Shown piece by piece: positions 22,189 through 33,597 of a stretch of DNA of 64,000 bases. The translations under genes were made by a program, and so were the position numbers. Under the pieces are notes generated by a model. The model ran no database searches. It was not told the origin of the DNA and worked only from the letters and a program-made list of their open reading frames with translations. This stretch comes from Rebecca billardiae RCC1528 (taxonomy: Eukaryota > Protista > Haptophyta). Each line of letters begins with the position of its first letter. Position 1 is the stretch's first letter. The stretch is taken from the NCBI GenBank assembly GCA_965240325.2, contig OZ251222.1:3472001-3536000 (forward strand), written 5' to 3'.

Positions 22189-22773
22189 CTTTGGTTACAA
22201 CGGCAGCGGCCAAGCGGGCCAGCGGCGTTGCGTGCGGGCCGGACTTTCAGAACTTGCTGAGTGATCAAGAGTCCGGGGGTAGCCCAGTCGGGAGCGACCA
22301 CCGCCGAGCCCGACTCACTGGTCACTCAGTCACTGCCACTGGCGGCTGGCGACTGGCGAAGACTGCGTCGACTCGGTCAGGAGGCCGAGGCTGTCCAGTT
22401 CTTAGAAGCTATTCTAAGCTGAGGACTCTGATGCCGACGCAGCGTACGCAAGCGCCGCCGTCGGCGTCGCACTCGCAGCGATTCTGCGATACGAATAATA
22501 CGGGCGCGGGGCCGTCGCCGCCCTCGGCGCTGACCACGGGAATGTCTCATGCCCCGGGCGCCTGGAGCCCTGTCACACTCACCGACTCACAGGCGACTCC
22601 GGCGGCGAGTTGCCGCAGTGACGTGCGCTGCGGACGGCAGCGCGCGTGCTGCCGCGGCCACACGCAGGACACGGCACCTCGACCAAGTGGAGGCAGAGCT
22701 CCCCGGTGCGTTTCGCAGCCGCCCACGGATGGCGGGGCAGCGCGCCGTTGCGTTGAAGCTCGGCTTCGGTCGG

Positions 22774-24145
22774 TCAGGCCGCCTGCAGGGCCTCCGCCCC
22801 GAGCGCCTCCGCAATCAGCACCGCGTTGAGCGCGGCGCCGCGCAGCAGCTGGTCACCGCAGACGAAGAAGTCGAGGCCGTAGTCCCCGAACACGTCGTTC
22901 TTGCGCAAGCGGCCGACCTCCACGTCGTAGTCGCCAGTCGCCGTGAGCGGCATCGGGTACTTGTTCTCGTGCGGGCTGTCCACCAGCCGCACGCCCGGAG
23001 CGCTGGAGAGCACCGCCTTGAGGGCGTCGATGTCGACGGGCTTCTCCGTCTCGACCGTCACGGCCTGCGCCGTCGCAGGAGGGCCACACGGTGCGCGCAC
23101 GACACGCCCATCAGCGCGGGCGTCCGACCCGTCCACGCGCACGCGCGCGCGCGGAGCGCTCACCTCGGAGTGCGCGCGCAGCGTCGGGATGCGCACGGCC
23201 GTGCACGAGAGCGGGAGGTCGGGCAGGTTGAGGATCTTGCGCGTCTCCCACGTGACCTTCATCTCCTCCTTGGTGTACATGTTCTCCTGGAACACGTCGA
23301 TGTGCGGGATGACGTTGAACGGCAGCGGGTGTGCGAAGATCTACACGGGACGCGCGCGTGGGGTGCAGGGCACGCAGCACACCGGGCGCGCGCCACACGT
23401 CAGCATGCGGCGGCGGCGGGCACCTCCCACGGCAGCTGATCGCAACCGACGGCGCGCGCACCTTGTTCTCGATCGGCTTGTCGTCGAGCGCGGCCACCAG
23501 CCCGTCGCGCAGCTCGTTCATGCCCGGCGCGCCCGCGCCGCTCGCCGCCTGGTACGTGGAGACGATCGCGCGCTTGATGCCGAGCAGCTTGACGAGCGGC
23601 GCGAGCGCCATCAGCAGGATGGCCGTCGTGCAGTTCGGGTTGGCGAGGAGGCGCTTGCCCTTGCCCGCCTCGGCGTTGATCTCCGGCACGATGAGCGGCA
23701 CCTTCGGGTCGAGCCGCCACGCCGACGAGTTGTCGATCACGATCGGGCCGCCAGCCGCCGAAAGCGCCTCGCCGTGCTCCTTGGAGAAGTCGCCGTCGAC
23801 GCACAGGAAGAGCACGTCCGTCGTGCGCGCCGTGTCGACGGAGAAGGCCTCGATGGCGACCTCGCCGAAGGGGGTCGACACCTTCTTGCCTGCCGAGCGC
23901 TCGGAGCCGAAGAGGCGCAGCTGCGAGACCGGATAGCCGCGCTTCGCGAGCACACCGATCACCTCGGTGCCGACCGCACCCGTCGCGCCGACGATGCCGA
24001 CGACCTGGCTGCTGGCGCTCGCGACGATGCGCGGGAGCGGGCGGCCGCCGAGCACCGAGCGCGAGAGCGGCCGCGCCGCGCCCGCCGCATGGGCGCGGAA
24101 CGCGGGCGCGCTGAAGCCAAGCGCGAGCACGACCGCTGCCAGCAT
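22774..24145 (-). CDS. asd: Aspartate-semialdehyde dehydrogenase, plastid-targeted; exons 24145-23462, 23340-23164, 23064-22774 (~383 aa)
   Basis: Motifs [46 protein letters not shown] and [12 protein letters not shown]. Bipartite leader [16 protein letters not shown]. Confidence 0.96.
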
Positions 24146-24332
24146 ACTGGCTGTTGTCGTCGACGGCGGCTCCGGGCTACGCGGCTGGACCGCCGCCCGC
24201 GCCGCGGCTGCGCAACGCGGGTGGCTGGCTGGGCGTCAAATATCAGGCTCCAGCCAATGGGGAGCCGCGGCCAAAACAGGGTCCGGTGTCGCCGCCTCCT
24301 GCCGGAAACAGCGCCTGGAGCGCCCACCGGCA

Positions 24333-26464
24333 ATGGATACCTCCCTGCTGCGCAAGTTTGGCCTCGAATTCAAGGCACGCGCCGCGCCGCCAGGCTCACC
24401 AATCGGTGCACCTCTCACCCCTTCGCGCCCGTGCGCGCTATATCGGTCGCCTGCGCCGCGCAGGTCTCGCTGCCTAGCCTGGGCTGCGAGCGCACGCACT
24501 GGCGCACGCACAAATGGGAGGCGGTCGACCCGGCCGCAGATACGGGGGGCAGCGGCCGTGATGAGGCCGAGAAGGCGCAGCAGGCAGACACTCGCGAGTC
24601 GGCTCGGAGGTCGTCCGCAAAGCTGCAGCTCTCCGACTTTGACCTCGGCCGCGTCGTCGGCGAGGGCAACTACTCGCGCGTGTTCCTCGGGAAGCTCAAG
24701 TCCACCGGAGAGCAGATGGCGGTGAAGGTGATTGACAAGAAGAAGCTCGAGCGGTACAAGAAGCAGGCGGAGGCCCTGATGGAGAAGCACGTGCTCTCCA
24801 CCTGCTCGCACCCGTTCATGATCCGGCTGCACCACACCTTCCAGGACCGCTCGTGCCTCTACATTGTGACGGAGTACGTGCCCGGAGGCGAGCTCTGGAG
24901 CCACTCGCAAAAGACGGGGCTGCGACACTCTCTGGCGGCGTTCTACACCGCCGAGCTGATTGATGTGCTCGAGTACCTGCACTCGCGCCAGGTGCGCGCC
25001 GCGCGTGCGCACCTGCTGCGCGTCCGCGCGCACGGCCGCCGTGCGCTCAGCGCCGCGCCGCACTGCGCGCGCGCTCCGCAGATTGTGCACCGCGACGTCA
25101 AGCCGGAGAACGTGCTGCTCGCTGCGGACGGCCACATCAAGCTGATCGACTTCGGCACGGCCAAAGTGCTCGGCGAGGACGCCAAGGAGACCTCGGGCAA
25201 CTTCAAGTTTGGGAAGGTGCGGCGTCACTGGCGCTGCCCGTGCGCACTGCCCGCCCACCCGAGCGGCGCGGACTGATGCCCGCGCACGCTTGCACGCGCA
25301 TGCGCGGATTGGGCGAGCGCAGAACTTCAAGGAGTTCGTGGGGACGCCCGAGTACATGCCGCCAGAGGCGATCAACAACAAGCCCTCCGACTTCCGCGCC
25401 GACCTGTGGTCCCTCGGGGGCACCATCTACCACCTCGTCACCGGCGCGCTGCCGTTCAAGGGCGGCTCGGAGTACCTGACGTTCAAGCGCGTGCTCGAGC
25501 TCAAGTACCGCTGCCCTGTCGGCATGCCGGAGGACGCGCGGGATCTGATCAGCAAGCTGCTGCGGGTGGAGCCGCGCGAGCGGCTTGGTGGCGGGCTGAC
25601 CGTCCCCGAACGCCACGCTGCGCTGCGCGCGCACCCATTTTTCGAGCAGATCGACTGGAGCCAGCCACTGCACGCGCAGCGACCGCCGGACGCGTCGCCG
25701 GCTGAGCGGGCGACGCCGCAGCTCGCAGCGCAGCTGCAGTCGGCGTCTCCGCTCGAGCTGCCGCCGCCCATCGAGATGCCGGCGCCCCAGCCTCGCGTTG
25801 CGCAGTCGAAGAAGCAGCGTGAGGCCGAATCGGCCGAGGCAGAGCGCGCAGCGGCAGAGCTGCAGCGCCTGGAGGCTGCCAAGCAGATGCGCGCTGCCGA
25901 GGTCGCAGTGCTCGTGCGTGCGGGGCAAGCGCACGCGCTCGCGAGCAGCTGGACAGAGGACGAGCGCAGGCGGGTTGCTTTCCACCTCGACGTGCGTGGC
26001 CAGCTCACGGAGGAGGTACGCTCGCGCCCGCCAACCCGGCCCGGCCCTCGCGCCAAGTTGACCAGCACCTGCGCCGCTCGTCCCCCGCGATGCTGACCTG
26101 CCACTCCTTCCATCGCCCGCCCGCCGGCTCGATCTGTGCATCCCGCGACCGCGCGCAGCTCCGATTCGCACTCGGCATGCCAGCGCCTGAGCCTGAGATT
26201 GTGGATGAAATCGAGCCGTTGCCTGACAGCAGTGACGAGGACGAGGAGGCCGCAGCGGATGCTGAAGCCGACCAGCACGGTGAGTCGGGTGAGCGCCCCC
26301 CGCCCGCGGCGGCGCAGCAGGCGGCGACGGTCGCATCTCCGGGGTCAGCCAGCGGCGCCGACACGGACGCTCGTAACGCTGTGCCTTCTGGGACCGGCGC
26401 CGCTCGGACTGCAGACACCGTTGCTGGTCCCAAAGCAGCGACGCAGCCGGGGGTTCCTTTGTAA
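24333..26464 (+). CDS. AGC-family Ser/Thr kinase, PDK1-like, no PH domain; exons 24333-24374, 24464-24991, 25082-25216, 25323-26015, 26159-26464 (~567 aa)
   Basis: Motifs GEGNYSRV, AVKVIDK, HRDVKPEN, DFGTAK, FVGTPEYMPPE and GGSEYLTFKRV. Exon 1 depends on a GC donor and is less certain. Confidence 0.88.
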
Positions 26465-26533
26465 TCATCAATGATAACGACGCCACGACTAGCTCAGATG
26501 ATCGCCGACGATATATGTAGATTATTCGACGGA

Positions 26534-26565
<32 letters not shown>

Positions 26566-27511
26566 GTAGCGTATATTATTTATTCACTAACACTATTCAG
26601 TAGTCGTATATTAATTATCATTGGCTCTGGCCTATCAGTTCAGATCACTTGATGGCACTGCTCAGACTGCTGGCCACTGGGCCTGGCTGCCATCGCCGAG
26701 CGGAAGCCCGACGAAAATACACTGCGACGCGTATATGTATATATATATTAATTATATATATTAAATAATTATATTATTTAATATATATATATATATCAGT
26801 TAGTGTAGTTAAGTTGTAATGGCCCGCGGTGCAGGGCGGAGCGCGCAGCGTGGAGCCCGCACCAGCGGGCCCGAACCACGTTTCAAAAAGATCTTTGATC
26901 AGCAAGAAAAAGGGACGGGGGCCGATTTTTAGGGCTGGCGGAGACCGAATTTCGATTTTTGAGATCGCAGTAGAGAGGTCTATCCCGGTCGAAATGACCG
27001 CGCCCACAGATTTCGCCTATTCAATCGTGGACGGCCGGGCGTGAGATTCCGTCAGGTTGTGTGAAGTTGGACGGTTACAAGTTCGATACAACATCACCCC
27101 CTTTCGAGGCTATTTTCGTCTTGGCATTCAAGGAGCGACGCGACGTTTGATGATCAAATGTTGATCGCGCAACCACAACGCAATCTTCATACTATCTCGT
27201 CCCTTGATGAATACTGGATACGGCCTTCTGAGCTCTGGAGTAGTGGAGTCGTCGCCTCGCCGCCTCGGCCACTGCCAGCACAGCCGAACGAAAGCGAACG
27301 GAGGCCGAGCGGCGGCCCGCTGCGGCAGCGCACGATCGTTCAATCCGACGGACTCAGCGCAGGTGCGCGCTGCTGCGGCGGGTATCCCGACGGTCGTCAG
27401 CGTCGCTTTCGTGCCCGCTCACCCCGCGCGCCCCGCCCTGCCGATCCCTCTTCGGCCCAGTCAGTGCGGTTTCCAACCGAGCACCGGACCGCGGACACGA
27501 ATCGATGTCGA

Positions 27512-27912
27512 CGCTCGCGCGCGGAGAGCAGTCGGCGACGGTACGAGGAGGAGACCGCGGGGCATCCTAACGCGTGAATCCATGCGCGCGCCCGCGCGCG
27601 CCACGCCGCACGCCGCGCAGCTGAACTCTCGGCATGTTCAAGCGCGGGCGGTCGCGAGGACGTCGCGGTTCAGCCGCGTCTCGCCGAGCCTGATCTGCAG
27701 TGCGGAGCCTTGCGCTCGCGCGCGGAGAGCAGTCGGCGACGGTACGAGGAGGAGACCGCGGGGCATCCTAACGCGTGAATCCATGCGCGCGCCCGCGCGC
27801 GCCACGCCGCACGCCGCGCAGCTGAACTCTCGGCATGTTCAAGCGCGGGCGGTCGCGAGGACGTCGCGGTTCAGCCGCGTCTCGCCGAGCCTGATCTGCA
27901 GTGCGGAGCCTT
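27512..27912. repeat. 200-bp tandem duplication, period 201
   Basis: 27512-27711 and 27713-27912 appear identical by eye. Confidence 0.95.
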
Positions 27913-28097
27913 CGCCTGATCCAGTCGGCGTGGTGCGAGCGGGTAGTCTTGGACGTTTTGTCGGGATGTGGAGCAGCCACCACGGCCATCTCGCTCGCCC
28001 AAGCCCTCGCTCGCGCCGTCCATGGCCGAGCTGTGATGGCTCATCCGCGTGCGGCGTGCTGACTGACTGACTGACTGGAGCCTCTGGCTGCACATGA

Positions 28098-29032
28098 TGC
28101 AGGCCTGTTTTATTTCTACCAGATTCCATTTACTATGTCACGGCGACAAACCCGTGCCCGCCAGTGGGAATCGGTGTCACGCCCCGTTCAGTGTACCTCT
28201 CACGGCCGATGGCGGCCCCAGCGTGCGCGAGGAATGCGATTCCTGCACTCCTCGGTGACCGGTGAGTGCAGGAATCCAGTTGCGGCGCTCGTCCGCCTCG
28301 TCGTCGTCGCACACGAGGTACACTGAAGAGCACGGGTCAGAAGCCAGATCTCTCTGCGCGCTCGCGCCCGCGCGGCGAGGCACTGGCAGGCTTGTTCTGG
28401 CATCATCTTGGCCAAGACTGCAGCCTGCCAGATGCGCGAGGACGCGTGTGCACGCCTTTCCCGCGTCATGGGTGCGCGTGGCACGCACCCTGTCGTCATC
28501 TACGCCGAGGAGGCCTGAGCAACCAGCCCACCAACCTGCCGTGACCACGTTCAAATGCAGGCGGCAAGCTGCATGCGAGCGCACGCAACGGAAGCATCTC
28601 ACGCTCGACAAGGAAGTGGCGGCGGAGCGAGTGTAGCTGGTACCGTTTGCAGCCCATCGGTTGTTCAACAATCCTGGTTCAACAACTGACACGGGCGCGA
28701 CGCAGCCAAGGCAGAGTGCTTGCAGCTCGCAGCGCGCCCGCAACTGCGGTTTGCCGCCGCGGCGCCGCGGCGATCGTCACACCGCCGTGCGCTGCGAGTG
28801 ACCTCTGTGTCATGGCGAAGCACCATGGCAAGGCTAAGCAGCATGCCTTGGCAACACCTTTCGCTACAGCTCAGCGCCCTAGTACGAACATGCGCCAACG
28901 ACGTGCCATCCCTACTCCGCAATCGCGCCGGCACCCACCACCAGCGGGCAAGCCGCCATTTTACCCGGTTTTGGCGAATGTCGCCGTTGGGGTTGGGCGG
29001 TTGGGCTCTCGTAGAAATAAAACAGGCCTGCA
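28098..29032. mobile_element. MITE-like element (935 bp) with 22-bp perfect terminal inverted repeats
   Basis: TGCAGGCCTGTTTTATTTCTAC at 28098-28119 versus GTAGAAATAAAACAGGCCTGCA at 29011-29032. Subterminal inverted 9-mer acggcgaca/tgtcgccgt. Confidence 0.75.
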
Positions 29033-29685
29033 GCGGCGCGGCAAGCAGCGCGCGCAGATCTGCGGGCGACGAGACTGGGCGAGTCCGAGTCGCAGCACGA
29101 GCTGGACCACGCGCACATCCTTTTTGCTCTCGTCCGCCGCATCCGAGCTGTCTCGAGTCTCGACGGCTTGACTGGCGCATGGGCGGGCGTTTCGCGCGCG
29201 AGCTCGGAGCTCGGACTGCGCGCTGACCGTGAGCGGCGGCTCTCACTCACTCAGTGACTGAGAGCCAGCTCTGGCGCTGATGGGCACGACGGATGCCTGA
29301 CTGCCTGACACGAGAGCCACAGGCTGATCTGCGAGCGGCGAGTCCGCGCGACGAACCGGCCGGCACAGACAGACTCTGCACCGCGGGCCCCCAACTACGT
29401 TGGTTCTGACTGACGGAAGAGGACCGCGGAACGCGGTCATATTACTTTTAAATTACTCTAGAGCTACGTACTTTATATTGACTTTCTGATTAGAAATAGA
29501 CTTCAGAAGGTCGTCGCTGCTCCGAGTTTCAGTAATCAGTTTGCATCAGCCCCGTCAGAGTGAGTGAGAGTTGCCCGCCAGTGAGTAGTGACCCGCGGGT
29601 CTGCGCCGACTGCGGGAGTGCGCCGTCAGAGTCATCTCACAGTGAGAGGAGTCTCGACTGAAGTGAGAGGAGTCGCGCTACCACC

Positions 29686-30933
29686 CTAAACGAGATGGCT
29701 GAGAATGGGCTCCTGCTCGACCTGCTTGACGATCGCCATGGACCGACCTTCCAGTGGCCGCACGAGCTTGTAGTACGCCTCGGCGTTGTGCACACCATTG
29801 TCAGAGACGGTGAGCGCCGCGTGCGTAAAAAAATCCGACACAAGCGAGTTGGAGACGCCAACCAACGAGGGCGTGTACTCGACGCTGGATTGCGATGTGA
29901 TCTGCGTGCCCAGGTCGCCCGGAACGAAGTTGCTGCTGCCGGCAATGTCGGCGCGCCCGGCCGTCGTCATGGTCAAGTCACGGCTCCGCTCGGCCTGGTT
30001 GACGTGCGCACTCGGCTGGTACCCGAGGTAGCCCGGCACGTTCTTCGGGTATTGGCGGAGCTCAGACAGCAAGATGTTCTTCGTCGACTCCTTCTGCACC
30101 GTCGTCGAGTGCTGCACCGCCCGCCGGTTGTTCGGTGCCGCGGCGATGAAGCCCGAGTAGCCCGGCACGTGTGCGACCGCCTTGGGCGTGCCGAGGAAGA
30201 ACTCGCGTGTGGATGCCTTCAGCGAGAGGTCGCGCGTCGTCATGGGCACGACGGATCTCGGGTTGAAGTCACGCCCGCCAAACGATCGGCGGTACGATGT
30301 GTCGAAGTTCTCGCGCGCCGCCGCCCGCTCGATGCTCTGGAAGTCCCTCTCGAGCCGCGCGCGCTCGGTGCTCGACGGCAGCGGTGGCGGCGGATCGTAC
30401 CCGCCAATGTTGACATGCGGACGCTCAACCTTGGCGACCATCAGGGCCTCCGCCGACTTCTCCTGCGTCTCGGTCTCGTACAGCGGGTTTTTGAGGCCCT
30501 TCGCCTCGGGGCGGATCTTGCCGCCCACGAACGGGCCCGCGCGGAGCACGCGCTCCACTTTGTCAGAGCCGGAGAGGATCTCCTGCTGGTAGGTGGTCCG
30601 CGCGACAAACGGCTTCGGCGCGTGTGTCCGGCTGTCGTGGAAGGGGTTGTACGGAGAGATCGCGCCGCTAGCCCGCTTAGCCATGTCCTTGGGGAACTGG
30701 TCGGGCGTGATCGAGAAGGCGGCCTGCGACTCTGTGCCAAGCGAGTCATCTATGACAAAGCCACCCGTGCCGCGCTCGGACGCGGACGCGCGCACTTTGC
30801 CCGTGTGCATCGTCGTATCCTTGATGGCGGGTGGAATCACCTCGCCGTTCGGGACGTACCCGGTATAGCCCGAGATCCCGCGCTGCTCGAAGCTCGCGGG
30901 CATGGTCGCTGACATCGTCGCCGCAGAAGCCAT
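29686..30933 (-). CDS. Probable ciliary microtubule inner protein with GYxG repeats (FAM166/CIMIP2-like) (~415 aa)
   Basis: Three spaced motifs ISGYTGYVP, VPGYSGFI and VPGYLGYQP in a disordered protein. Intronless ORF. Confidence 0.68.
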   Translation of the reverse strand: MASAATMSATMPASFEQRGISGYTGYVPNGEVIPPAIKDTTMHTGKVRASASERGTGGFVIDDSLGTESQAAFSITPDQFPKDMAKRASGAISPYNPFHDSRTHAPKPFVARTTYQQEILSGSDKVERVLRAGPFVGGKIRPEAKGLKNPLYETETQEKSAEALMVAKVERPHVNIGGYDPPPPLPSSTERARLERDFQSIERAAARENFDTSYRRSFGGRDFNPRSVVPMTTRDLSLKASTREFFLGTPKAVAHVPGYSGFIAAAPNNRRAVQHSTTVQKESTKNILLSELRQYPKNVPGYLGYQPSAHVNQAERSRDLTMTTAGRADIAGSSNFVPGDLGTQITSQSSVEYTPSLVGVSNSLVSDFFTHAALTVSDNGVHNAEAYYKLVRPLEGRSMAIVKQVEQEPILSHLV

Positions 30934-31190
30934 CGTCGGCGGGGGTCGAGACGCGGCGCGGCCGCTCAGAAACAGCAAATCGCGAAACGAACGTCCTCGC
31001 CAGCGCGGTCGCGTCCGTTCTGAGGCCGCGGGTCCGGTTGGGGCGGACGTCACCCAGTGCGTTCGTCAGGACTCCGCTGCGCAGGCTTGCAGCAGTGGCA
31101 GTGATCAAGAGCACACCCGTGCCGCACGGCCACAACGAGCGCTGGTGAACGTGACGCTCGTCGTCAGCGCGGCCGTCGGCCAGCCCAAGC

Positions 31191-31847
31191 ATGGACGAGG
31201 CGCAAGCAACCAAGCTCGCGGAGGAGATGGCAACTCGTGGTCCAGTCGGGGGCCGTGGAGGCCTCGGCTTCGAGGCGGGCACATCGAAACAGGACAGGGG
31301 CAAGTTGAGCGCAGCAGAGAAGGAATTGCTTGGAGCGAGCTCGCGTAAAGGCGGGCTGGCGTCGATGCAGGCGACGGTCGCGCGCGCTATCACGCATGGC
31401 CACGCTGACTTTGATCCATGGAGGAAGCCCGTGAAAAGTGCGGACTTGAACAAAGTAAATGGCTCGAAAGTCGGCCTGTATGGCCACTTCCAGAGCGGCG
31501 GCTTGCTCTCGGGGAATCCAGCGGCAAACTCTGATCGCGACGGGCGTGGCCACGGAGGGCCCAGCGCACGGGGGCAAGCAACCGGGGATATCTCGAGGAA
31601 AGAGGTGCGCAAGGCACTGAAAAGCGTCCTGCGCGCGTCTGCAGGGTCTGCACCCGATGGACGCACCGTGCTCAAGGCCAAAAAGCTGCGCAAGGCAGTC
31701 ATCGCCCGGGTTGCAGGCGAGGCGGCGGGGAAGTCCAAGCGGCGAGCCGCGCGGCAAGTGTTCGCGGAGGTACTTGCGGCCGGTGCCGAGAAGGGGCTAT
31801 GGCAAATGGATGATGGCGTCGTAATACCTGTCCCGGCGAAGCCTTGA
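31191..31847 (+). CDS. Small basic hypothetical protein (218 aa), possibly nucleolar or RNA-binding
   Basis: ATG-started ORF divergent from the previous gene. Lys-rich, with GRGGLGF and LYGHFQSGG reminiscent of G-patch-associated proteins. Confidence 0.6.
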   Translation: MDEAQATKLAEEMATRGPVGGRGGLGFEAGTSKQDRGKLSAAEKELLGASSRKGGLASMQATVARAITHGHADFDPWRKPVKSADLNKVNGSKVGLYGHFQSGGLLSGNPAANSDRDGRGHGGPSARGQATGDISRKEVRKALKSVLRASAGSAPDGRTVLKAKKLRKAVIARVAGEAAGKSKRRAARQVFAEVLAAGAEKGLWQMDDGVVIPVPAKP

Positions 31848-32159
31848 CCCGTGAGAGAGAAAGTACCGTGCCGTGGCGCGCCGTCCGGGACCGGCTCCCC
31901 CGTCCGCGCGTCACCGCAGGCACCGTTGGCGTTTGTCTGACGTACATTGACAGGCTCGGCACAGGCGGCTCAGTCGACTCATCATTCGCTAGCAGCCTCT
32001 GGCATCCTGTCGGAATACAAATGTACTACGGACATTCAGCTGCTGGCAGGCATGGCATTGTAACTAGCACGGCTAGCAGCAGCTGCGGCTGCGCCGGGCC
32101 CCGTGCTCGCCGGGCCGCGCCCGCTGGCGCTGGCCTGCATTACAGACCGCGCGCACATA

Positions 32160-32355
<196 letters not shown>

Positions 32356-32605
32356 GCTCTCCGGTCCGACGCCGCATCCGAGCTGTCTCGTCCTCTCGAG
32401 ACGGTAACCCCAGCTAATTGACAGTCTACTCAGGCTGCTACTACTGACCGGATTCATTGTCGTCATCAATGATTTGAATAAACGGCGGCCCTTATGCCGT
32501 ATGCGGAGCCGGGGTGCGCGGACCGTACAGTACTGATGTAGTCATACAGTGCTCTGCAAGTACCGGACTACCGGAGTGCCCCCTGACTGATGCCAGGTCG
32601 CCGTA

Positions 32606-33304
32606 TCAGCTCGCCATCGTGCTACCCGCAGCAGCATTCGCCATTGTACGAGCGAGCAGCTGCCCCCCAACGTTGGCGCAGAGCCACACGCCAATGGTCG
32701 CAACCACGGCCTGTGCGATGGCGGAGCTCGCGTCATCAGTATCGGCAGCAGTTTCGGGAACGAGCACGGAACGCACGATCGGCATCTCGCCAGGAGATCC
32801 GGCGCGTTCAGCGGCCGTGGTACGGGCCACGACGCGCACCATGCCATCGTCAAAGCGGCATCCGTAGCGCTCCTCCACGAGCACCAGGTGCCATCCCACA
32901 TCCGACTCGATTGGCTTGCTCACGCGGCCGAGCGGCGAAACAAAGCATGCGCGATCAAGCACTGGGCAGGCCACCTCCCCCTGGCGGAGACGCCGGCCGA
33001 GCAGGCCTCCTTCAGCGCGTGTCGTCTCGTCCACGCTCGCGCTCTGAGCGGTGCGCGCGAACGCATCCACCACAAACTCGCCGCGCGCGACACATGCATC
33101 GATCTCGGACTTGAGCTGCGCACACTGCTGCGCGCCATCCTGCGTGCGAGGGAGCTGGATGTGGCGCGCGGTGCTTCGCATGTTGAGCGCCGCCCAGTCG
33201 CGACGCAGCACTTTCAGCGGGTTGCGCCATTCGCTGGCAACCATCTCGACACACGCGACGAACAGCCAAAGCCGCCGCGTCGCGCGAGTGGCCGCCATTC
33301 TCAT
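32606..33304 (-). CDS. Parvulin (PpiC-type) peptidyl-prolyl isomerase-like protein, likely organelle-targeted, with a C-terminal hydrophobic helix
   Basis: Motifs ARHIQL, EGGLLG and VSKPIESDVGWHLVLVEER. Hydrophobic leader LWLFVACVEMVASEW. Start could be 33304 or 33298. Confidence 0.8.
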   Translation of the reverse strand: MRMAATRATRRLWLFVACVEMVASEWRNPLKVLRRDWAALNMRSTARHIQLPRTQDGAQQCAQLKSEIDACVARGEFVVDAFARTAQSASVDETTRAEGGLLGRRLRQGEVACPVLDRACFVSPLGRVSKPIESDVGWHLVLVEERYGCRFDDGMVRVVARTTAAERAGSPGEMPIVRSVLVPETAADTDDASSAIAQAVVATIGVWLCANVGGQLLARTMANAAAGSTMAS

Positions 33305-33597
33305 CGTCCGAGCAAGTTTCCGCCCGCCACCAACGTTCACATGATATGAGGACGAAATCGGATGATGATGGATGGATGAATAGAAGTCGTCACTCGTCAG
33401 TCGTCACAAACCATCCGTGCGCCCGTCGATCGACAGCGCTCGCCGCCGCCGCCGCCTACTAGTACGGTATCATAACTACGCACTCGGACGACTGGACCGT
33501 TCACCTTGCGCTCGGCGCTGTCACTGTCAGGGGCTGACCAGGTCCAAGGGTGTGACGTTCGCCTGAGGCCGCAGCTCCGGCGAGCATGCGCGGGGTG

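Larger units (their letters stand above)
26821..29389. mobile_element. Putative non-autonomous DNA element (~2.57 kb) bounded by 14-bp inverted repeats
   Basis: GGCCCGCGGTGCAG at 26821-26834 and its exact reverse complement at 29376-29389, both near AT-rich flanks. No recognisable gene inside and no clear TSD. Confidence 0.5.

Noticed and set aside
28266-28544. Possible SAP-domain remnant (LKSTGQKPDLSAR) in the MITE
   Set aside because: Too short and degenerate to support without a profile search.
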